Assembly: GCA_016188205.1 (NCBI GenBank)
Contig: JACPIG010000020.1
Span: forward strand, 1-32,767
Length of the DNA stretch: 32,767 nt
Source: Candidatus Woesearchaeota archaeon
GTDB taxonomy: Archaea > Nanobdellota > Nanobdellia > Woesearchaeales > UBA10216
Reading direction: 5' to 3'
The translations under genes and the position numbers were made by a program. Of this stretch, positions 15,892 through 23,462 are shown in pieces. Numbering within the stretch: position 1 is the first letter of the stretch; each line of letters opens with the position of its first letter. The notes beneath the pieces were generated by a model that worked only from the letters and a program-made list of their open reading frames with translations, made no database searches and had not been told where the DNA came from.

Positions 15892-16848
15892 ATGGACATT
15901 GGCGCGGTATGGGCTGAGAAATACAGGCCTTCTGACTTCAGCGAGCTTAAAGGCCAGGAAGAAACTGTGAAGAGGGTAAAGGCGTTTATAGAGCAGCGCA
16001 ACATCCCGCACCTTATGTTCTCAGGGCACGCAGGAACAGGAAAGACGAGCCTTGCAATACTCATGGCAAAGAAGCTCTTCGGACCGGAATGGAGGCAGAA
16101 CTTCCTTGAGCTTAATGCCAGCGACGAAAGGGGGATAGATGTAGTGAGAGTGAAGGTCAAGGACTTCGCAAGGACAAGGGCGATAAGCAACGCGCCTTTC
16201 AAGATAATCTGCCTTGACGAGTCAGACTCCCTGACAAAAGAAGCGCAGCAGGCTCTGAGGAGGACGATGGAGAACTACACAGCCACCTGCAGGTTCATAC
16301 TGATAAACAACTACTCAAGCAAGATAATAGAGCCTATACAGTCAAGGTGCGCAATCTTCAGGTTCAGGCCGCTTGAGGAGGGCGAGCTTGGAGCCATAGT
16401 TGACAGGATAGCGCAAAACGAAGGGCTTAGTATCAGTGGGAATGCAAAAAAAGCCCTGATAGAAGCCAGCGAAGGCGATTGCAGGAAATTGGCCAACATA
16501 ATGCAGAGCTGCGCAGCAAGCTCCAGAACAATAACCGAAGAGCTTATATACTCGGCAGCGTCTATGGCAAAGCCAAAAGAGATAAAAGAAATACTTGTGC
16601 TGTCCATGGGCAAGGGGTTCATAGAGGCAAGGGATAAGCTGCTCAATGCCATGCTGTCACAGGGGCTTTCAGGGCTTGACGTCGTAAAGCAGATACAAAA
16701 GGAGCTGCCCGGGCTTGACATAGGCACTGCAAAAAAGATGCGGCTCATAGACAAGTGCGGGGAAATAGAATTCAGGATGGTTGAGGGCTCTGATGAGTTT
16801 GTCCAGCTTGAGGCTCTTTTAAGCAACTTTGCCATGGCAGAGGATTAG
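15892..16848 (+). CDS. rfcS: Replication factor C small subunit
   Basis: WAEKYRPSDFSELKGQ, Walker A GHAGTGKTS, DEAD-like LDESDSLT and the SRC motif QSRCAIFRF. 318 aa with no intein. Confidence 0.92.
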   Translation: MDIGAVWAEKYRPSDFSELKGQEETVKRVKAFIEQRNIPHLMFSGHAGTGKTSLAILMAKKLFGPEWRQNFLELNASDERGIDVVRVKVKDFARTRAISNAPFKIICLDESDSLTKEAQQALRRTMENYTATCRFILINNYSSKIIEPIQSRCAIFRFRPLEEGELGAIVDRIAQNEGLSISGNAKKALIEASEGDCRKLANIMQSCAASSRTITEELIYSAASMAKPKEIKEILVLSMGKGFIEARDKLLNAMLSQGLSGLDVVKQIQKELPGLDIGTAKKMRLIDKCGEIEFRMVEGSDEFVQLEALLSNFAMAED

Positions 16849-16869
16849 GCAGGAAACAAAGGCTGCAGA

Positions 16870-19356
16870 ATGGAAAAAGAGGAGACATTCAGGCAGGAAG
16901 TTCAGGGAAAAAACTCGGGCAAAGGCATAAATGCCCCTGTCAGTTCTTTAGGTGAGGAGCTTGTCCTTGCAAAATCCGGCCTTTCAGTTTCGCGCGCAGA
17001 GATAAACTCCCTCGCCAGGCGGATTTCTGAGTTGGAAGAGCTCAACACCAAGCTAAGGGAACACATACTTCTGAGGGATTCCTTTGAGAGGAACCTGGAC
17101 AAGGAATACAAAAGGCAGCTCAGCCAGAAAGACGAGGTGATAAGAAGGCTTGCAGCACTCAGCACAAAAGATGCTCAGGCAGGAATATCAAACAGCACTT
17201 TGGCAGAAGCAAAGCCCGAGCCAGCCCAGGCAGATAGCCAGATTCAAACAAGCAGGGAAGAAGAGCTGAGAAGGCTTGGCGACCACTACAGGCAGAGAAG
17301 CGAAGCGCAGGAAAAGCTCTCCGCACAGCTGGCAGAGCAGCTCAACGACAAAAACACAGCCATACAGAGGCTCAAAGAGTTCGTTTCTGAGAGGGAAAAG
17401 CTGTCGCAGCAGATAGAGGAACAGCTGCAGAAGGAACTTGCTGAAAAGGAAGAAGAACTGAACAGCCTAAAGAGGGCTGGCAGCACAAGAACCGGCAGGG
17501 CTGCAACTTGGCTCAGGGAGCTTGAGCAGGCAAGACAGGAACTGAAGTTAAAGGAAGCAGAAGGCAGGAAGACTGTGCTTGAGCTTGTTGGCCTTAAGGA
17601 AACCGGGGCGATACTCGAAAGGAAGCTCAGGGACAGCGAACAGCAACTGCAGAAGCTGAAGGCAGAGAAAGAAAACCCCGTAGAGGACGAAAAAGCCAGC
17701 CAGCTGGCAAATAAGCTTCATGAGAAGGAAGAGGAAATCCGCCGCCTTACGAATTATTATGCTGACAAGGAACAGGCATACGAGGCAATACAGTTACAGC
17801 TTTCAGACCGCCTCAAGGAGAAAAACCGCGAAACAGAAAGGCTCAAAACATTCCTGGCAGAGAGGGAAGAGCTGTCGCAGAAGGTTGAAGAGCAGCTTCA
17901 AAAGGAAATAGCCGCAAAAGAGTCAGAGTTAAGTGAGCTCAGGCACACAAAAAGCCACGGAAAGGCGCTTATTCTCCAAAGGCAGCTTGAGCACGCATCA
18001 CAGGTCATCAGGCTGAAGGACTCAGCCAACAAAAAAATCCTGCTGGAGCTTGCCTCAGCCAAAGAAACAGGAGCCATACTCTCAAGAAAGCTGAAAGACG
18101 GGCAAGAGCACTCAGAAAGCCTGAAGGCGCAATATGAGAAGATAATTGGCACGATAAAGGCTGACAATGAAAGGATAATGAAAGGGCTCATAGGGGACTA
18201 CAACGCAAGGCTCGCGGCTGCAAAAACAGAAGCAGAGCGCACAAAGGCAGAGCTGTCGGCAAAGGAATCAGAGCTTCAAGTGCATAAGCAGCGCATAGAC
18301 GAGGCCATAAGGGAATTCGGCATAAGGGCGCAGACAGTCATATCCATGAGGGAAAGCATAGAGCCGCTTGAAAAAGCAGCAACACAGGCAGCAACGACAG
18401 CGGCAATCCAGGCAACGCAAGCTGCTCAGCAGGCAACACAGCAACAAGCAATCCCCACACAGGCTCCTGAATCCGGGCACGCAGAAACAATAACAAAAGA
18501 CGAGCTTGAGCAGTACGCCAGCAAGGCAAAGGTGCTGAGAGAAGCGCTCTACAGGAAGGACAGGGAGCTTACAAAAAGAGAAGCTGAGATGAGGCAGAAA
18601 GAGGAAGGGCTTTTATCAAGGGAAAAAGAAGTAAAGGCCATGATAACCACAGCAGAGCAGCGCCTCAAAGAGCTTGAAAGAAGAGAAGACTCAGGAGACA
18701 GAAAAGAGCAGATACTGCTAAAGCAGCAGGAGGCATTCAACCGCGAACTCCAAGCGCTTGAAGCAGCAGGAAGCAGGCTGACAATTGTGGAGTCAGAGCT
18801 GGAATCCCAGCTTACAGTCGCGGCAAGGCAGGCAGCCCCTTCAGTGACTCTGCCCACCCCATTCGCATCAGAACCTATCCAAATTCCCTCTGCGGCAAGA
18901 GAAGCGCCGCAGCAGCCGGAAAGCATAGCTGTAATGGAGCCTGTGCAGCAGAAAACCATTGAAGCAGGAGAAATAAAGGAAATAAAGCAGGAGAAGACGC
19001 TGTTGCAGAAGACAGAGCCAAAGCAGACAATGCCAAAGCCAGCACCAGCAACCGCAATACCCGCGATTAAAGCGCCAGCGATTAAGACATACACGCCAGA
19101 GCAGGCAGCCCCTATGCAAGCCAAGCCAAAGCAGCAACAGGCTTATCCGGCAACAGCACCAGAAAAACTTGCTGGCGGCTTAACCATCAACCTTGAAGAG
19201 CAAACCCTCGGCTACTCAGAAGTTGAAGAGGTAATGTCAATGATAGACGTTGCTATGCAGCACAAAGAAAGCATTGAGCAGATAAAGAACTCTCTTCTCG
19301 CATCAGGCTACTCAAAGGAAAACGTGGACAAGGCATTGAAAAAGATGAATCTTTAG
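16870..19356 (+). CDS. Long coiled-coil protein with an internal tandem duplication, Q/A/P-rich linker and a small C-terminal helical (UBA-like) domain
   Basis: 828 aa, rich in E/K/Q/L heptads. Two ~140-aa units align (RRLGDHYRQ...LKETGAILERKLRDSEQ vs RRLTNYYADKEQ...AKETGAILSRKLKDGQE). The C-terminal IKNSLLASGYSKENVDKALKKM is UBA-like by pattern only. Confidence 0.7.
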   Translation: MEKEETFRQEVQGKNSGKGINAPVSSLGEELVLAKSGLSVSRAEINSLARRISELEELNTKLREHILLRDSFERNLDKEYKRQLSQKDEVIRRLAALSTKDAQAGISNSTLAEAKPEPAQADSQIQTSREEELRRLGDHYRQRSEAQEKLSAQLAEQLNDKNTAIQRLKEFVSEREKLSQQIEEQLQKELAEKEEELNSLKRAGSTRTGRAATWLRELEQARQELKLKEAEGRKTVLELVGLKETGAILERKLRDSEQQLQKLKAEKENPVEDEKASQLANKLHEKEEEIRRLTNYYADKEQAYEAIQLQLSDRLKEKNRETERLKTFLAEREELSQKVEEQLQKEIAAKESELSELRHTKSHGKALILQRQLEHASQVIRLKDSANKKILLELASAKETGAILSRKLKDGQEHSESLKAQYEKIIGTIKADNERIMKGLIGDYNARLAAAKTEAERTKAELSAKESELQVHKQRIDEAIREFGIRAQTVISMRESIEPLEKAATQAATTAAIQATQAAQQATQQQAIPTQAPESGHAETITKDELEQYASKAKVLREALYRKDRELTKREAEMRQKEEGLLSREKEVKAMITTAEQRLKELERREDSGDRKEQILLKQQEAFNRELQALEAAGSRLTIVESELESQLTVAARQAAPSVTLPTPFASEPIQIPSAAREAPQQPESIAVMEPVQQKTIEAGEIKEIKQEKTLLQKTEPKQTMPKPAPATAIPAIKAPAIKTYTPEQAAPMQAKPKQQQAYPATAPEKLAGGLTINLEEQTLGYSEVEEVMSMIDVAMQHKESIEQIKNSLLASGYSKENVDKALKKMNL
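17266..18150 (+). repeat. Tandem ~435-nt (~140-aa) intragenic duplication within the coiled-coil gene
   Basis: Unit 1 is ~17266-17700 and unit 2 is ~17740-18150. They share the blocks ERLK.F..ERE.LSQ..EEQLQKE.A.KE.EL and L.ELV/A..KETGAIL.RKL.D. Confidence 0.75.
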
Positions 19357-19361
19357 GTTTT

Positions 19362-20309
19362 CTATCCAAGATGCTTGACAAGTATTGTGGCGTCCTCGTG
19401 CTGCTTGTAGTTGAAGCCGAGTTCTATGTTTATGGGAGTCTCAAACTCCCTTCCTGTTGTGCCTGCTGTGCCGAGAACGCAGTTTACAACCCTCTTGTTG
19501 TCAACAATGATCAAGTCTCCCTCATTGCCGCCATTCAGGCTTGTGCAGGCAACGCTGCCAACCCTTGACGAAACCTTGACATGCACGCGATTCCTGTTCT
19601 GGAAGCTTGAGTCGCACAACGCGCCTGAGTGCACAGCTCCAGTGCCCTTTTGCACTATTGAAAACGTGAACGCAATCCTGTCCTGGCCTCCAGGGCTCTG
19701 CTTGAAGTCCTCAATGTGAAGCGGCGAGCCGGAGTTTGAAACACTCTTTGCCTCGTCAACCTTGCACGTCGGCTCCTGCCCGAACCTGGGCAGCTCTTTC
19801 TGCACGCAGAACTGGACAGTTGAGTTGGTCTGATAGCGGTAGCAGATGTCAGCCCTCAAAGTGAACTGTGTGTTGCCGGGCAACGAATGCCTGTATTTGA
19901 AGGGCTCCTCGCCAGCGCCCCCGAAAGTTATGTGCACAGGGTCGCCATTGACGCACTTGCCTTCTTGGTCCTTGTGCGTGCTTGTAAGCCGCTCACTAAT
20001 CACCTTTGCATAATCAGGGCCGCCGAAATCAACAGGGCTTATGCCGGAAAGCTCAATCCTTGCCTCATTAGCCTCAATCGGGTGCTCGCCCTTGTTGAAC
20101 AGGCGCAGAGTTACATCAAAAGGGAACTGGGCGCCGTCAAAAACCTCGGAAGGCGGGCTGCCCTCAACAAACTTCATCTCCAAGCCGTCAAGCCCGCCGC
20201 AGAAAGGGGTTGTTCTTGAAGCAGGCTGCTTGTTGCCAGTGCAGCCATACAGAAAAACAAGAGCCACAACTGCAAGCGCAAGATACACCCTTTTTGAAGC
20301 CATAAGCAA
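19362..20309 (-). CDS. Secreted lipoprotein, paralog family member 1 (unknown function)
   Basis: Lipobox-like LVFLYGC. Shares the blocks F.EG.PP.E, L.N.G, CYRY..N...FC, SNSGSP and the terminal FNYK with 20341..21285 and 22446..23462. An alternative start MASKRV lies at 20303. Confidence 0.65.
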   Translation of the reverse strand: MLMASKRVYLALAVVALVFLYGCTGNKQPASRTTPFCGGLDGLEMKFVEGSPPSEVFDGAQFPFDVTLRLFNKGEHPIEANEARIELSGISPVDFGGPDYAKVISERLTSTHKDQEGKCVNGDPVHITFGGAGEEPFKYRHSLPGNTQFTLRADICYRYQTNSTVQFCVQKELPRFGQEPTCKVDEAKSVSNSGSPLHIEDFKQSPGGQDRIAFTFSIVQKGTGAVHSGALCDSSFQNRNRVHVKVSSRVGSVACTSLNGGNEGDLIIVDNKRVVNCVLGTAGTTGREFETPINIELGFNYKQHEDATILVKHLG

Positions 20310-20340
20310 AAAACAGGGAAACGGTTATATAAATTTTTCC

Positions 20341-21285
20341 CTAAGAAGGCGCTCTTACAATCTCAACAGTCTTTGAAATTGAGTCCCTGTAGCCGTACCT
20401 GAGCTTTACGCTCAGGGGCGTGTTGAATGCTGGCGTGTTCTTGAACCCTGCCATGTCCAGCTCGCAGAATACGCTGCGCTTTCCGCTGATAAGCTTAATC
20501 CTGCCGCTGGTAAGCGGCTTGCAGGTTGAGGTTATGTCGCGGTCAGCAACCCTGACTTCCTGCAGGCTTATCTCGTCAATCTCCTTGAAAGAAAGCCCTG
20601 CGCTGTAAGGATTGCAGTTCTGGCTGCCCTGCTCGTACACAGTTCCGCCGCCAGCATTTGAAACGCTGATAACAAACCTGAGCTTGTCCGTAGTGGGGTT
20701 AAGCTCAATCTTCGTGACTGCAACAGGAGCGCCCTGGCCTCCGGAAAGAGAAACGTCCTTTGTAGAGCAGACCTTCTGCTTTGAAGTCACGCCGAACGGG
20801 TCAGAATCAATGCACACAAGAGCAACAGCAAGAGTCTCGTAAGAATAGCACGAAGTCACCTGGATTGTCGGCTTGTAAGTGTCAATCCCCGGCTTGAGCG
20901 CAACATCCCCTGGAAACTCCTTAATCTCAAACTCGCCCTCAGGGTCAAAAGTGCCCCTGCCGCCAAGAGCGCCAATGCCGTCAGAAGTCTTCATGCCTGT
21001 AATTATGTTTGGGTCAAAGCCGGAAAGATAAACGTTTCCGCCGAACGTGCTGCCGTCAATGGTTGTTGCGCCGGCATTCTTGAGCTGCACAGCCACAGTG
21101 AACTTGCCCTCGCCCAGAAACCTCGCCGGAGGAGTTCCAGGCACAAAGCTCAGCACAAGTCCCTTTGTCCCTGTCCTGAACTTCTCAACGCCGCTCTTGG
21201 AATCCTTGATACCGACTTGACCCGTGCAGCCTGCAAACGCAACCATCAGCACCACAAGCAAAACAAAAACCAGCCTTTTATCCAT
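20341..21285 (-). CDS. Secreted lipoprotein, paralog family member 2
   Basis: Lipobox VAFAGC. SCYSYETLAVALVCIDSDP...KVCSTKDVSLSGGQGAPVAVTKIE is nearly collinear with member 3. Confidence 0.7.
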   Translation of the reverse strand: MDKRLVFVLLVVLMVAFAGCTGQVGIKDSKSGVEKFRTGTKGLVLSFVPGTPPARFLGEGKFTVAVQLKNAGATTIDGSTFGGNVYLSGFDPNIITGMKTSDGIGALGGRGTFDPEGEFEIKEFPGDVALKPGIDTYKPTIQVTSCYSYETLAVALVCIDSDPFGVTSKQKVCSTKDVSLSGGQGAPVAVTKIELNPTTDKLRFVISVSNAGGGTVYEQGSQNCNPYSAGLSFKEIDEISLQEVRVADRDITSTCKPLTSGRIKLISGKRSVFCELDMAGFKNTPAFNTPLSVKLRYGYRDSISKTVEIVRAPS

Positions 21286-21355
21286 TTTGAGAATTAATTA
21301 TCGGCTGCTTATTTAAATATTGCTGTTGAAAAGCGCAGAATCCAAAGATATAGAT

Positions 21356-22405
21356 TTATGCATCCGGAAAATTCCTCATCGACATCACACGAGGTCTTGG
21401 TGTAAGGTCAGTTAAAACCTTTATCGGGCCTGAGGCAAAGTAATTGGCCAACCCTGCCATGGTCGCGTCCCTGTCAACGGTGGGATGATAAGGAAATGTT
21501 CCCCTGATTCTCACAGCGCCGTCAGGATTCTTTTCAATGGCAACAAAAGCAAAATCGAGCAAGCCATGCACGCGTTCTGAATAAACAAATCCGTCCATTG
21601 TATGTGCGTTACCGCAGTAAACAATGGAATCCCTTGGGTCTTTTATCATATCACTAATCCAGCGCTCGCGCAGATTCTCCTCTCTGCGGGCGTTAAGAAG
21701 TTGAACCACGCCAGCAGCCCCATTAGAGCCGGTAATAGCTGCGAGTCTCTCTGTCTGAACTCCGGTCAATTTCAGGTAAATGTCCTGTTCAAACGGGCAT
21801 AAACGCACGTCTACCCGGGTTTTTGCCGCTTCGTGGCTATAAGCCTGGACTGCAAGCATTGCGGCAAGCATCTCGTCATCCACGTTTCCAAGATCAACAA
21901 AAAACTCAGGAACAATGGCCATTTCAGCACGTTGTTCCTCCAGCATGTCGGGCTCATTCACGCCATATTGTGATAAGATTTTTCTTTCAGCTCTGCGAAC
22001 TTTCTTTTCGCCAAGGATTGAGACCATGCCTTCCAAATCTTCTCTTGTGTGGGTAAATGAGGATAGGGTTCGCCAGCCTATGTCTATAGGCGGCATGGGT
22101 GGAACGCTGCCATGCGAAGATCGCTTTAATTCCTTCAGATACCCACCAACCAAGCCTCTCATCAGCCCGCAGTCATTTTCTGTCCAGCCGTCGGCATACA
22201 GGTTAACAGGGCTATATATGGCAGAAGCAATTGTCAGAAACAGGTTTCTGACATAAACTACGTCATGAAGTTCCCTGAGTTGAGAATAAGCGGATTGCAT
22301 GCTTTCAGCCATCTGAAAATGCGGGCTTTGGACAACCAAAACCAAGGGCATTAATCCAGCTGGAGTTTCTGTCGCCGATGGATTTGCTGTTGCCATTAAT
22401 CCCAA
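21356..22405 (-). CDS. Hypothetical soluble protein (349 aa) embedded among the lipoprotein paralogs
   Basis: Long ORF with no TM helix or signal peptide. Weak motif-level resemblance only (LVLVVQSPHFQMAESMQS ... VYCGNAHT) to TraB/ChaN/Tiki-type folds. Confidence 0.55.
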   Translation of the reverse strand: MGLMATANPSATETPAGLMPLVLVVQSPHFQMAESMQSAYSQLRELHDVVYVRNLFLTIASAIYSPVNLYADGWTENDCGLMRGLVGGYLKELKRSSHGSVPPMPPIDIGWRTLSSFTHTREDLEGMVSILGEKKVRRAERKILSQYGVNEPDMLEEQRAEMAIVPEFFVDLGNVDDEMLAAMLAVQAYSHEAAKTRVDVRLCPFEQDIYLKLTGVQTERLAAITGSNGAAGVVQLLNARREENLRERWISDMIKDPRDSIVYCGNAHTMDGFVYSERVHGLLDFAFVAIEKNPDGAVRIRGTFPYHPTVDRDATMAGLANYFASGPIKVLTDLTPRPRVMSMRNFPDA

Positions 22406-22445
22406 TGGTATTCTTGAACTTTATATTTTTTGTGCTAAACACCGC

Positions 22446-23462
22446 TTAATACCCAACCTCCCTTGTAACAGTTACTTCTTTGGAAATCGTTGTTGTGTAC
22501 CCGTAATTAAAGGTTATTGTGAGCGGGGATGTGTAGCTTGGGATTGATGCGTCAATCTTGTCCTCGTCTTTTAGGCTGCACCGAACAAAATCCTCCTTGG
22601 AGCGAAGCCTTATGGGGTTCGGGGAGCAAACAAGCTCCTTGCCTGAGAGGGAAGCGGAAACTGTTGCGATGTTCCAAATCCTCTTGAAAGCCTCTGAGTC
22701 TCGGTTTGAGACAAGTTCGGAAGAGCATGCAGAGCTCATGTCAGCCGAAGGGTTGAGCACTTCGCCGTCGCCAGTGTTCTTGATGTAAATAACATATTGT
22801 GGCTTTACAAACGCAATCCTTTCCCCGCTGCCCTCAGGAAAAATCTTTGCTTCAATCTTGGTAACAGCCAAAGGAGCGCCCTGGCCTCCTGAGAGAGAAG
22901 CGTCCTTCACAGAGCAGACCTTCTTTTTCTGGGACAAGCCAAGCACGTCAGTGTCTATGCACACATCAGTCTTTACGTCTGTCCTGTACTTGTAGCACAA
23001 TGTAGCGAGAACTATTGACTTGTGCTTTTCAGACTGCCCCTCCCTGAATGGCTTTGTGGAGCCGTCAAAAACCTCGATGCCGCTGTCGCCTCCGGGGTTG
23101 AAGATGCTTTTGCCCTTAAGCGAAAAAGCGGTTTTGAAGCTGTCAAGCTTCATGTAGTCCTCCTCAGACGTCAGCACAACCCACCCGTCCTCAACGTCAA
23201 AAGCGCCCTTGTTGCTGAGCTTCAGAGCTGCCTTGAAAGGATAGCTTCCCCCACTCTTGAAAGGCGCAAGAAGCTCTGCAGGAGGCGCATTGGGAAGAAA
23301 CTCAACCTTCACTCCCTCAGTTCCGCTGTGCACAGCAGCATAAGTAAATGGCAGCTTTGCGCTTACATCCTTGTCACCCCCTTTTCCAGGGCTGCCTGAG
23401 CAGCCTGATATAAACACCGCCAGCACTACCAAAAACACAATAGTTAGGCTCTTCATCATCAC
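22446..23462 (-). CDS. Secreted lipoprotein, paralog family member 3
   Basis: Lipobox VFISGC. Contains LCYKYRTDVKTDVCIDTDV...KVCSVKDASLSGGQGAPLAVTKIE and the terminal FNYGYTTTISKEVTV. Confidence 0.7.
   Translation of the reverse strand: MMMKSLTIVFLVVLAVFISGCSGSPGKGGDKDVSAKLPFTYAAVHSGTEGVKVEFLPNAPPAELLAPFKSGGSYPFKAALKLSNKGAFDVEDGWVVLTSEEDYMKLDSFKTAFSLKGKSIFNPGGDSGIEVFDGSTKPFREGQSEKHKSIVLATLCYKYRTDVKTDVCIDTDVLGLSQKKKVCSVKDASLSGGQGAPLAVTKIEAKIFPEGSGERIAFVKPQYVIYIKNTGDGEVLNPSADMSSACSSELVSNRDSEAFKRIWNIATVSASLSGKELVCSPNPIRLRSKEDFVRCSLKDEDKIDASIPSYTSPLTITFNYGYTTTISKEVTVTREVGY

Noticed and set aside
16902-19137. Many 60-190-aa antisense or alternate-frame ORFs within the coiled-coil gene, plus similar ones within the vWA, GatA and other genes.
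   Set aside because: They are shadow ORFs of long, compositionally biased genes. They have Ser/Cys/Leu-rich nonsense translations and no independent start signals.
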